A stretch of 64,000 bases of DNA, taken from Toensbergia leucococca (lineage: Eukaryota). A program made the translations under genes and the position numbers. The notes below the pieces were generated by a model. The model was not told where the DNA came from and searched no databases. It was given only the letters and a program-made list of their open reading frames with translations. Positions 1-11,523 of this stretch are shown one piece after another. The stretch's first letter is position 1, and each line of letters starts with the position of its first letter. The DNA lies in contig JALDZS010000007.1 in NCBI GenBank assembly GCA_022813965.1, positions 1 through 64,000 of the forward strand. Direction: 5' to 3'.

Positions 1-292
1 CTCTGCACTACTTCAAAACAAGTTGAAGGCATTCGCGGACGCTAAGAAAAGCGCAAGCAACGCCCTGGATCTCGGTAAGATTCCCAACACTGATAAAGCC
101 AAAGCACTCTACCGAAGAGCACTAGCAAACGTCGGACTAAAGGACGATGAGGAGGCAATGAAGGATCTCGAAAAGGCTCTGGAAGCAGCGCCGAGTGATG
201 CAGCCATTACCAAGGAGCTTACAGCCGTGAAGAAGAAGGTGACGGAACAGGCAAAGAAGGAAAAGGCAGCTTATCAAAAGTTTTTCCAGTAG
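1..292 (+). CDS. cpr6: 3' end of a Cyp40-type (Cpr6/Cpr7-like) TPR cyclophilin; gene starts before the window
   Basis: TPR motif KAKALYRRA...AMKDLEKALEAAPSDAAITKEL and C-terminus KKEKAAYQKFFQ, typical of Cyp40. The PPIase domain is not in the window. Confidence 0.8.
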   Translation, partial: SALLQNKLKAFADAKKSASNALDLGKIPNTDKAKALYRRALANVGLKDDEEAMKDLEKALEAAPSDAAITKELTAVKKKVTEQAKKEKAAYQKFFQ

Positions 293-683
293 AACGGACC
301 AAAAAGTGATAAGGATGTTGCGTTATAGCGCGGCATACTATTGCGATGCGTTTAGCTGACACTCGTCTCAAAGATCTCAAAAGGCAAGCATCTTAGAAGC
401 GGGTTGTGAACCTGTTGCTATCAACTTTACCACCCTCAGAGTGCTTCTATATCTACAAAAGTAACTCATCTATGTAGACAGAGCTTGAAATTCCCCCTTG
501 TACCAGACCTGTCCATTGTGCTGCCGCAGAAATTGGTAGACTTTTGTAGTCGCCATGGCGAAAACTTCGATTGCTCCCGAAACCCAGGTTTGACGTTGTC
601 TTCCACGGAGATTTTGTAAACCAGGGCCTTGCAAATTATTGTCAGATTCCCCTGATACTCAGCCCTCGAGACTTTCGGTACCT

Positions 684-1301
684 TCACTCATCCCTCCCCC
701 ACATATCTCTCCTTTTCCCACGATCCTCCCTGGCGTATCTCTTCCTCCGCCCCCACTTCTCTTTAACATTCTCCATAATCTGTCTCTGTTGTTCCTTTCT
801 CTCCTTACTTGCCTGAACAACGATGCCCACAAAGAACTGGGAACATCCATATTTCTCCGCTAGCTTCGCTCTCGTCCATTGGAACGGGTCCTCTGTTCTC
901 AGCCGCCGAATCTCGACTATCTCTGCTTCGCCAAGATGGTACTTCTTCTCATATGGTTCGCGGACGGGTGGGGGGAGCGGCCGATCGGATTGAGCATAAG
1001 GATTGGCGTGTGAGTGAGCTTGGGCGAGAAGTTCGCGCCGACGGTCGTTCTGAGGTAGGAAAATAGCGGGGGTTTGGTAGACAGATGGGGCGGAAGATGG
1101 AGGGTTGAAGACGACGTGATTTTGAGTTGGATTGGCTGGGAAGGAGGATTTGAAGGCCGGGTCGGGTTTTACTCGTAATCTTTTGGTTGTTCTGCGGGCG
1201 CTGGACTCGTGTCTTCGGGATGCAGGTGGGACAGGGAAAAGGAGGGATGGTAGCAAGAACGAAAATGTAGCTAGAGGTCTTCTCGGAGCAACGATGCTCA
1301 T
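684..1301 (-). CDS. mrpl20: Mitochondrial large-subunit ribosomal protein mL58 (Mrpl20-like)
   Basis: Single 205-aa ORF with an Arg-rich presequence (..RRHESSARRT) and family motifs FNPPSSAPSVY, KKYHL...EIRRLR..DP..WTRAKLAEKYGCSQFFV. Confidence 0.85.
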   Translation of the reverse strand: MSIVAPRRPLATFSFLLPSLLFPVPPASRRHESSARRTTKRLRVKPDPAFKSSFPANPTQNHVVFNPPSSAPSVYQTPAIFLPQNDRRRELLAQAHSHANPYAQSDRPLPPPVREPYEKKYHLGEAEIVEIRRLRTEDPFQWTRAKLAEKYGCSQFFVGIVVQASKERKEQQRQIMENVKEKWGRRKRYAREDRGKRRDMWGRDE

Positions 1302-1886
1302 GTTTTACTCCTTGTGGTAACAGTATGTACTTGGAGGAAAGTATACGAGTACTCCGTAGGAGACAAGAAAATTCCATGAGTCGCGCTGTGAAAGGGTAAC
1401 CGTACCTTATAGGTATTCCGTACGGAAGGCTATTCTGAGTCTAAGCGCATATTTGAAACCAGCGTCATTTGTGTCCGAAGCCACGAAGCATCATTTTGGT
1501 GTGAGCAGTGAAACTCTGGTTGTGCCACAACCCTGACCCTGCCCGAGCCAGTCCACCATCAAGTCACAAGTTAGCTTTGGCTAGTTGCTTATTCGCTCCC
1601 AGCATATGATCATGTACTTTTCCTAGCAATACTTGCACATTCTGCTGGCAGTTGGGGATATCACTCCAGCCCAAAGATCCTAATCGCTTGTTTGAGGTAT
1701 GCCAATTCTCCCAATAGCTTTCATGAATATCACTCGGGAATCAACATGTCTGCATTGGAATTACAACGGATTTACCGGACCTATTTTGTTCTATTATAGC
1801 TGAAGGAGCTAATCAAGTCACAGTCACACTAGATCCTTATAATCGTCTCGAGTGATCTCTACGTTGACATCCGACATCTTTCCACA

Positions 1887-3071
1887 ATGGCGACAGAATC
1901 AAAAGAACCTTCGAGACACCCTGGCAATGCGCCTGGCTCAAGAACTTCGTCGGTTCCTCTACTTGGCGACGGATTCTTAGAAAACGCTCAGCTCAACTCG
2001 GCATCGTCTGTCAACGATACTGGGGACCAAGAGGTCGCCGACAGCTCCGAGCTAGACTCGAAGACGGGGAAACGGAGGTTTTGGGGCCTTGGGAAGAAGA
2101 AGGAGGACGAGAAGCTTAAGAAGAAACGAGAACCATCAGTGTCTGCAGAAACAACTACAGTGGCTACTCCCATCGCCATCATGCGGCTCGCGTCACCAAT
2201 TCAATCCTCTCAATCAGCCAATGTCTCATCCTCTATCCAACAAACACCCCATCCTTACAGTTCCCCATCATCTCCAGGGCGCAACCTACACTCATCCTCT
2301 CCTCGCATGAGCTCTCCGGCCTCTTCTCAAATTTTCGAGCGCAACGTTCAGGAGGATGGGCTTTATACATCGGCTTCGCCGGCGATCCCAGCGCACATCA
2401 CCACAGAGAACCATATTCCTCCAGTTCTAGACGCATCATCAGAGGCTATCACAAACGATCACTTGAATCCAGACAACGTGGAAATTGTGATGCACGCAGC
2501 CCATCAGCCAGCAGCTGTGACGGTAACAGGTGCTGGGACCAGCGAGGCTGCGGGCACCTCATGGCAAGACGACCTTGTAGCCCACCCCGACAATGATGAT
2601 GCGGCGTCAAATTATGGGGCGCTGGATGCTGCAGACGTCCGCAGGCTCAGCTTCATCTCTTTTGCCGATGTGGTGCATGCCGAACATGCGGACCATTCCA
2701 CTAATCGAGATCCATCTCATCTTTCAGGAGCCCCTAGTATGGCTCCTCTGGCCTCGGTAAATCGATCCCCATCGCCGGTGCGGTCGCAAATGTCCTCGTA
2801 TGCTTTGGCCAGTTCACCCCCTATGAGTGGCGCTCCGTCTTTCCAAGGGTTGCAGGGGTTGGAAACTTCCCCAAGCCGAGGTGGACGCAGGCCAGCAAGC
2901 CCGTTTTCCGGTCACAGCCCTCCTACAGTTCCTACCGGAGGCGAGCTGACAATTGAAACCATGAGGCAAGCGTTGAGGAAAACTGGTAGTGGTGATTTGA
3001 GCGGAGCAAGAAGCCAGCCTATCAGCGCGGTTGGAGGCGAAGACGGCCCGGTAGAACATCCGTTCAAGTGA
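1887..3071 (+). CDS. Uncharacterised Ser/Pro-rich fungal protein, 394 aa
   Basis: Long ATG-started ORF with ordered-looking blocks IFERNVQE, HITTENHIPPVLDASSEAIT, RRLSFISFADVVHAE and ELTIETMRQALRK. A probable 5'-UTR intron lies at 1697-1823 (GTATGC..GCTAAT..CAG). Confidence 0.75.
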   Translation: MATESKEPSRHPGNAPGSRTSSVPLLGDGFLENAQLNSASSVNDTGDQEVADSSELDSKTGKRRFWGLGKKKEDEKLKKKREPSVSAETTTVATPIAIMRLASPIQSSQSANVSSSIQQTPHPYSSPSSPGRNLHSSSPRMSSPASSQIFERNVQEDGLYTSASPAIPAHITTENHIPPVLDASSEAITNDHLNPDNVEIVMHAAHQPAAVTVTGAGTSEAAGTSWQDDLVAHPDNDDAASNYGALDAADVRRLSFISFADVVHAEHADHSTNRDPSHLSGAPSMAPLASVNRSPSPVRSQMSSYALASSPPMSGAPSFQGLQGLETSPSRGGRRPASPFSGHSPPTVPTGGELTIETMRQALRKTGSGDLSGARSQPISAVGGEDGPVEHPFK

Positions 3072-4193
3072 TGTTGGATTCAGGGGGTTATTCAGGACGA
3101 GTTTTATGTTAATCAAGGAAAGCAAGTGCTCCAGACTCGAAGCGATGTGAGGTGGGGGGGGATCATGGTTTCCGATTATAGGTATTCGGGTTTTCAAGCT
3201 TTGATCATTGCTACTATGTGCTGTCTACGATCACGATATCGGATATTTAAGAAGCAAGCTATCTTCAGGTCAGCGTATCTCCCCAAGCGAGCCAATCTAT
3301 TTTGTTCCATTAGGTCCAGATCTACTCAAAAAACCCGATGTGCATGTTATCTGAGGGCTTGACCTTTGATGCTGGCCTCGAGAGCTTATTTCACAATGGG
3401 GCTAAGGTGAGACTGTATTTGGAGAGTTGGTGTAACAATGTAGTCATGCGGCGGTGGCACCAGCGAAGTTAGTAGAGTTTCGTAAATAATCGTAATCCAG
3501 TGGCAGGAAAATTCCGTCTCCAATCCTAATCAGGAGCCGTTCAAAACATGGGGTAGGCCGAGGGATCCTTGCCCTTGGACACTTGCCCTTGCCCTTGCAT
3601 GACTGAATGTCTCGGCTATCTTTTGCGTCATTAACTCAATGAGAAGTAGTAGCGCGGTACGGAGGTACATACGAAGACCTCACTGATACCTTTAACCACA
3701 CACAATGATTACTTCCTACTGACCGGACACAACGCCCGTCTCACTACCTCATCTTATCTTCACCTGCCCAAATGTATGCGTCAAATACAGTGCCACTACT
3801 AAACAAACGTCAAGGCTTTCCTGCCGCGGCTCTTTCCGTAAGTTGATGAGTATCTGAAAGATGACGATAATTGGGCTGTTTGTGCCAGTAGTCTGATTGT
3901 TATCAGTAGCACCTGCGACGTCTCTGTAATTTCTAACGCTGCGAGGCTCGATATCCCCCGACTTGCCAGCAACGCTGCTTCCTTTGCGCTCAATGATTCC
4001 GCCATTAGCCTCTTTCCCCTACCTCGCTCTTCCGTGCATATCATAAACTGATCAACGACCTCCTGCTTATTCAATATCTATACGCAAACCTATGAAACCC
4101 CTCACCACTTTCTTTGGTTGCTTTCTAAGGGGATAGAGTACTAGGGAAGAGAAGTGAAAGGCTCGAGGTCTTACTTACACGAGTGGGAAAAGT

Positions 4194-7100
4194 ATGGAAT
4201 ATAAGCAGCGTGATGGTCGTAATCGTTATTCTGGATCGCATGAGCGCCATGTTCAGTCAGTGCAGCGGCGGACAAGCAAGAAGACATCCTCAAGAGACCG
4301 TCACGGCCAAGTATATCCGGACGACTTCAGAGAGACAAGTATCAGAGCAGTCACGCCAGATTCTGCCCACGAATCAAGCTCCAATGGATTGACCTCTAGA
4401 TCTGCATTCATGCCGTCATCCATAAGCACCTCACCACAGCCTGCTCGCCGTCATTCACAGCATCAGATGCGTGATCTTGTGCAACAGCCCAGACCCGTTA
4501 GTAATGGATTCACGATTGGTATGGACCGGAACTCTCCCTTTCCTCCTAGGACGCGGACTTCAGAAGAGAATGTTAGAGATAGATCTCCTAGCTCTTTGAT
4601 ATCGAGAACTCGACAGCGCATCGGCTCACTTCATGCCACCGGATCTTCTCCTATCCCAGGGCCAAACGATGACATCACTTCTATTGGGTTCCCTTCCATC
4701 ATACCATCACCGCCTCTACCGTCACAAAATAGACAGCGGCTCATCAAGCCACGAGCCAGGCCTCTTTCGACGATTAAGGATGGTTCGACCCCACATCGTA
4801 CCGTTTCTCAGGCCACTTCGCAAACTGACCCCGGTAAGGTTTTGGACCTCATGAAGACGACTTGTGGTAGAATGCATGGCATCCTTTCTTTTCGGACGTC
4901 AAGCTCTTGCACGTGGGCTTCGGGGTATTGCGCAATCAATGTAGCATCCGGCAGCCTTATATATCAGACCAAAGGGATAGTATCGCATGCTAAGACACTC
5001 ATTCCCGATCTTCGTGGGTGTCGAGTCCGTACTTTGTATGACAGAGACAGCGAATCGACATATCTCGACGTTTCTACTCATGCATCGGTATTGGGCCTCC
5101 ACCTGCGCCCACACGTGCCCGAGACCTTCGATTCCTGGTTAGCTGCGCTTCTATGCTGGCAACCTATACGGCCCAAAGGCGTACATAACAAGATGACGAA
5201 GCCTCAAGCAGCAATCGTTGCAAACCGCAGGTCTGGAGATCACCGGCGTAATCCAGAAGTCAGCACGACCAAAGATGCGTCCATTATAAAGGTAGGGAAG
5301 ATGTTGTTCTGGGATAAGAACGTCCGACCAGGCACTTCGGCTTCAGAGGATAGTTGGAGAGTCTCTACGTACAAGCAACAGAGATCTATATCGAGATCAT
5401 GGCAAAAGGTCTCTTGCACGCTTCAAGAGAATGGAAATTTCAAACTCTTTACAGAGTCTGATGTCTCTTTAGTCTCCATCATCCCCCTTTCCGAACTTTC
5501 CAGGTGCGCCATACAAAGGCTGGATCCATCAGTTTTGGAGGATGAGTTCTCTCTTGCCATATACCCGCAATACACACTATCTACATCTAAATTAGATAGC
5601 ACTAAGCCAGTTTATCTATCAATGGAATCTCGGGTCCTCTTCGAGGTCTGGTTTGTGCTACTGAGAGCATTCACTATCCCAGAGCTCTATGGTCCACAAC
5701 AGATATTGATAGACCCCCAACCTAGCCAATCTGCGCTTCCTCCAGCTGCATCAGTCGGCCCGGCTCCTGACATGTTTCGAATAGAGCGGCTACTGTCTAT
5801 CCGTATCATTGAAGCAAAGCTATGGACTAGTGACGGAGATCGATCTCAAAGCCCAACTTCACAGCCTCGACATCAGAAGAGTCGAAAGAACTGGGTTACA
5901 GGCGATTACCATGCTGAAGTACGATTGGATGGAGACGTCAGGACCAAAACTGCCGTCAAGTCAGATACGAGTAATCCGTTCTGGCGTGAGGACTACAACT
6001 TTATAGACCTGCCGCCGGTGCTTTCCAGTGCATCGGTTGATGTAAAATCACGGACTGCTGGGCAGAGAGACTGGACACTTATTGCACGTGGCTCGTATGA
6101 CTCGAAGCAAAGAGACGTGAACTCTCTCGATGCTTTCGGCGACATAGAGATCTCGCCACTAGAGTCGCTATATGGAAAAGTCGACCTGCGACTAGATGAC
6201 CTCGAGAGATCGACGGATAATGAGAAGAGGTGGCCGGTTGTCAACGAGAATGACGAAGTAGTTGGTGAAATGTTGATGAAAGTTCGCATCGAAGAATTGG
6301 TTGTGCTTATGTCTCGGGACTACCAGCCTCTATCCGAACTACTCCACTCGTTCTCTAACGGTGTTACATTACAGATTGCAAAAATGCTCTCCTCCGAGGA
6401 GCTACGAAGTCTCTCGGAGATACTGCTGAACATCTTCCAGGTCTCCGCGCAGTCTAGTGACTGGATTATGTCGTTGGTCGAGGATGAGATCGACGGCATT
6501 CACAGAGAGTCGCAAGTGTCTAGGTTTCGATACAGTCGACGAATCGCCTCGAACGATTCGTACGATTCGGGAGTTGAGCGCGAAATGTTCCTTCGTGACC
6601 TCGGAAAATCAGCTACTGTTGAGGCCAATCTCCTCTTTAGAGGTAACTCACTACTCACAAAAGCCCTAGACCTCCACATGCGCCGGCTTGGAAAGGAGTA
6701 CCTCGAAGACACGCTGAGCGAAAAAATGAGAGACATCGACGAAAGCGATCCCGATTGTGAGGTCGATCCCAATCGACTTCAACGCCCTGAGGATCTCCAA
6801 CGTAATTGGCGCAATCTAATCGCTCTCACCGAGAATGTGTGGAGGTCCATCTATACGTCGGCGTCTCGATGCCCTCCAGAACTACGGACCATCTTCCGTC
6901 ACATTCGCGCCTGCGCCGAGGATCGCTACGGTGACTTCCATCGCACTGTGACTTATAGCAGCGTCTCAGGCTTTCTCTTCCTCCGCTTCTTCTGCCCCGC
7001 CGTCCTGAACCCTAAGCTCTTCGGCTTACTCAAAGGCAAGGAGCTCTAACGTGTTTCGATATCCATGATTAGTGACGCTAACATAACTTCCAGAGCACTC

Positions 7101-8064
7101 TCGCCCCCGAGCCCAACGCACACTTACTCTAATCGCCAAGGCCCTCCAGACTCTCGCCAATCTCACCACTTTCGGCAGCAAAGAACCTTGGATGGAACCT
7201 ATGAATGCATTTCTGACTTCGCATCGCCAAGAATTTAAATTCTTTGTCGACGCCATCTGCGCTATCAGCGCCGACCGCGCCACTTCCTCCATTCCTCCCT
7301 CCTACGCAACCCCAATTACGATCCTGAGCCGGCTGCCAGACACGAGTCGGGAAGGATTTCCAAGCCTGCCCTATCTGATCGATCAGGCAAAAGAGTGTGC
7401 AGCTCTGGTCAGACTCTGGCTACATGCATCGCACGACCTCGACAACAACGCCAACACGAGCGAGGAATTGGTCTCCTTTGATGACCTATGCAAGACAATA
7501 CGGCAAAAGAAAAGAGACTGCCTAAGTCGAGCTGAACAGGCTGAACGCCCGAGCGGAGTCCTCGAAGTCAAGTGGGAGGAGCTGGTCGAGCAGATGGGCA
7601 AGAAGACCCAAATTCGGGATAATCAGCACACCAGCACGCCAAGCACGCCTGTCAGCGGCGCCGAGAACGGCAGTACAACAAGCCTCGCTGACGGCTACTT
7701 CACTCAGGACGCCGTTCCGCGGGGCTCACCACAGACTCGTAGGACTGCTGACGACGATTACTTTCCATTCTCCAATGAGGACGAGGACACGCCGCCAGGC
7801 TCGTCGTCAGGAGTGTGGGACCCGGGTGTGCTGGAGGGGAAGTCAAATCAGTATTATTTATCCGAGAATGAGGGAAATGCGTCTGTGGGGTCAAGCTTGT
7901 ACTCGTTGGATCTTGCGGCGGAGAGAGGGGCACATGCTGGAGGAAACAGGGCGCCGGCTAGTAGGGATGGGGCAGGGAAGTTGAGGTTGGGGGATTTTGT
8001 GGGGGGGTTTCGAAGGAGGGTTAGGGAGAGTGAAAGGGGAGAGGGGAGTATGGGGTTTGTGTAG
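4194..8064 (+). CDS. bud2: Ras-family GTPase-activating protein (Bud2/Cla2-like; PH-like, C2 and RasGAP domains). Exons 4194-7035, 7094-8064
   Basis: C2 motif SNPFWREDY; RasGAP motifs NLLFRGNSLLTK and SGFLFLRFFCPAVLNPKLF. Splicing a GC-AG intron (7036-7093) joins LLK-E-HSRPRAQRTLTLIAKALQ in frame. Confidence 0.9.
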
Positions 8065-8620
8065 ATAGGGTCAGAAAGGTCTGTGGGGATAGAGGCGCTT
8101 TGGGGAATGGAAAGTTTGGGGAGGGCGTATTATATATGTGGAGTTGTATGATGGACGGAACGGGAGGGAAAGATATCGGTGGTTGATGGGGGGGAAGGGC
8201 TTAGATTATACCCACGATGCAGTCAGAGGCTGCTGGGGGATGCATGGATCTTCGGCCATCAAGGGGAGGGGAGCGTTTGTCATGTCAGCATGTCTTCATG
8301 CAGGGGTACTGCATGGGTGTAGCATCCAGCAGCGGCGTTGGTGGCAAATCGGTCCTCATGGGTCTTTTACTTTTGATTTTCATTTCGTGGATTTTTGGAA
8401 CTGCGGATTCCTCACCCCCATATATAAACAAGGAAAGTCCAACCCAGATACTTTGTGGTTTTAGATACCACCCAGCTCAGGCCATGCACCTCTTCTCGCC
8501 AGAATGGGTTTTTTTTCTTCAAGAAAAAAACTCGCCCAAATAAAATCAACTTCCTTCACCTCCACCGTTGCCCTCAAAACCCCACCTCACTTGAATTCAC
8601 CACAACGCTCACCTCCTCAT

Positions 8621-10561
8621 TTACCCCCCTTCCGCCATCGGCTCCTCGGCCACATAATGCAAATACGCACCCAGCAGCTTCGTGCCCTCGATATAATTCC
8701 TGCGATCCAGCTTCTCGTTGATGGAGTGCGCGGCGTCGGTCGAGGAGCCCATGGGCAGGAGGAGGACGTTCTTGCCAGTGGCTTGCTCGAAGGTGAGGGT
8801 TACGGGAATGCTGTTGGTTAGGATTAGGAAAGGGGGCGCTTTGGCTTTTCTGGGATGGGGGGAAAAGACGATCGAGGGGGAAAGGGGCAAAAGATTGGGG
8901 TAAGGCGGGAAAGGGGGAGAAACACACCTGCCTCCTTCCCTCGTCAGGTCAGGTTTGACGCCAAAGACCTTCTCGACGGCCTTGCCCGCTGCACTGAAAT
9001 TCCAATGCCGAGGGCTCGCAACCCACCATTTGCCCGCATGCAGTATGCTAACATCCATCGTATTCTTGCTCTTCAGCTTCGCGAACTCCTCCTTCACAAA
9101 TTTGTACACCAATTGGGTGACCTCGTCCGCATCCATATCCGGTACCGTACGGATGGAGAACTTGCCGATGACTTTGGCGGGGATGACGGTTTTGGCGCCG
9201 GGGGCGGCGAAGCCGCCTTCGATGCCGTGGATGCTGAGAGACGGGTAGCGCCAGCGGGCCATGAGGGTGCTTTCTTTGTCTGAAAAGATGGTGGTAGTGC
9301 TGCCGAGACTTTCATGCAGGTCCGCCATCGTGTAGCTGATGTTGCCGTAAAGGCCCTTTTCTTCGTCCGTGACCGGCGCGACGAGCTCTTGGATACCTGG
9401 GATGAGGATCTTGCCGTCCGTGTCGACTAGCTTGGCTAGGACGCGCACGAGATCTGTCATTGGCTCTTGGGCTGTGCCACCGAAGACACCACTGTGGAGG
9501 TCCTGACCGGGGCCTTTAACCTCGATGCTATAGTAGTTGACGCCTCGGAGTCCGTATGTAAGGCATGGCTTCTCGGTTCCCAGCCAATAATTATCGCTGA
9601 TACAAACCGCATCCGCTTCCTCGAACCAACCCCCCTTCTTTGCCTCCTCCTCTATGAATTCGTCTAATCCGTCACTGCCATACTCCTCCATGCCCTCAAA
9701 ACACATCAGTAAATTGACTGGGAAGTCCACCTTGGCCTCTTGATGCGCCTGTATAACATTCAACCATCCCAGCACAGGGCCTTTGTCATCTGTGCTACCT
9801 CTCCCGTACATCCGCCCTTTGCTATCAATCGTAAGATCAAACGGATCGGTAGCCCAACCATCTTCTTTCAGCGCTGGCTGCACGTCGTAGTGGCCGTAGA
9901 CAAGAATGGTGCGGTTAGATGGGGAATTACCGTAGCGGGCGACAATGACCGGGGGAAGTTCCAGATGCTCTATCCCGGGTTGGGGACCTAGCGGTCGAGA
10001 TTCTACGGTTGCGCCAAGGGCTTTGAGTTCGTGGACAAGGAATTCGGACATCTAGGGTGGGGAGTCAGTGTAGGTTCGTTGGATTTGGGGCACAAAGGGA
10101 GAGGGCGCACCTTGACCACATCTTTGCGACGGTCTTCATCAGCGGAGACGGAAGGAATGGCAACGGCTTGGCGGAGGCCTGAAAGGTTGTTAGTGTGAGG
10201 TTCAGGGGACTCGGATGGAGGGGGTACACACGCTCAATGAATGCGTCTGAGGAGCTATCGACTCTGGACGGAGGTTTGCTTCAATATCTGGAGATTGAAT
10301 TCTTACGCCGCGCTTGAGAAGAAAATTGACTTACTGCTTGAAGAAGCTGTCTAGTTGGGGCGCCATGGATTGGTTTGTGGTCGTTGCAAAGGGCCGGCGA
10401 TTGAACGGGAGAAGAGTTGGCTTGGGAGAGTAAAAAAAGCCCTTTTTAAAGGAAGAAGTATGAGAAATCGAGTACTTCCTTATGAAAGGTTGTCTTGGGA
10501 GTTTGGGACGTGAAAGCAAGTGATTTGTCGATGGAGGGGCACGGAGTAAAATGCGGGGCAT
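8621..10561 (-). CDS. dug1: Cys-Gly metallodipeptidase (M20; Dug1/CNDP2). Exons 10561 (or 10366)-10335, 10263-10232, 10178-10111, 10051-8928, 8810-8621
   Basis: M20 motifs YGHYDVQPA, GRGSTDDKGP, FEGMEE, DLHSGVFGG, REGGSIP (after splicing) and AHSINEK. Four GT-AG introns keep the frame. Confidence 0.93.
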
Positions 10562-11072
10562 TGGCAGTGATATTTAGATTGTGCAGACTTGATGCTTGGG
10601 ACTGGATACTCTCAAAAGAGCCTCCATTTTTGAGGGATTTTTAAAGGACCTACGGAGTACTAGGTAGACAGACCTACCTTACTCTATTTGATACTGATCA
10701 CCTCGCACCTTCACCTTCACCTCATTCTCCGCTTCATCTGTTGTGCCTCACTCCTTTACTGACCAATAGGGTTTCTATGCAGTCACAATATTCAGGATCG
10801 ATTTTATAATGTGAAGAAGCCAAAGATAAAGGGTGTGTGCCCCATTTAATGGTTTACTTGCCTTCAGTCACTGATCTTCCTCGTGTTCCCGATTCTCCTG
10901 ATCTTCCTAATCTTCTACTAAATACGCAAAACCCCCCTGTTGCACCGCCTCAGGGAGGGCATCTTGAAACTCTCAATTGAATACGCACAAGTAAGTCTAC
11001 TCAGCGGAATCTCTGCGGATTCGAGCTTGTGACAATAAATCACCCAGGCTGAACAATGTGGACAGAGACTTA

Positions 11073-11141
11073 GAGGTGGAGGGTGAGACTGAGGTGGAGG
11101 GTGAGACCGAGGTGGAGGGTGAGACCGAGGTGGAGGGCGAG
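11073..11141. repeat. 18-bp minisatellite (GAGGTGGAGGGTGAGACY), about 3.8 copies
   Basis: Units start at 11073, 11091, 11109 and 11127 (partial); intergenic. Confidence 0.9.
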
Positions 11142-11523
11142 GACGGGATAGAAGATGTCACAATTTAGGTGGATGATGGACTGTTCCAGGCCTTCCGTGA
11201 ATGTAAGATTAGAGAGTAGCCATCGAGTGCAAAGTAATTGCTCTTATTTGAATCCTTGAGATTCGTTCGAACATGCGCCTTCACAACGGGGCACTGCCAG
11301 TGAAAGAATAGAACAGAGGAAGAAAAGCGCCCTAAGACTTTTGCAACAACTCCTTTGCCATGTATGGCATCCTTCAGAATCTAAGTATAAAAGTTAAGAG
11401 CCTTAAGAAGTAGAAAACGTCACCGGGAATCCAAGATAGCCATACCCAACACAGCCAAAAGTATACGCCTTTGAGTCTCCAATTATAGTGTGAACATTAT
11501 CCCTCGCAAGAGCCTCCTCGTCG

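Noticed and set aside
3568..3598. Short (CCTTGC)n repeat
   Set aside because: A few degenerate copies of a simple sequence; no further structure.
3838..3906. TGATGA...CTGA boxes inside a probable bud2 5'-UTR intron, suggesting a C/D snoRNA
   Set aside because: The C-to-D span is only about 50 nt, the final CTGA is the branch site, and I recognised no rRNA guide.
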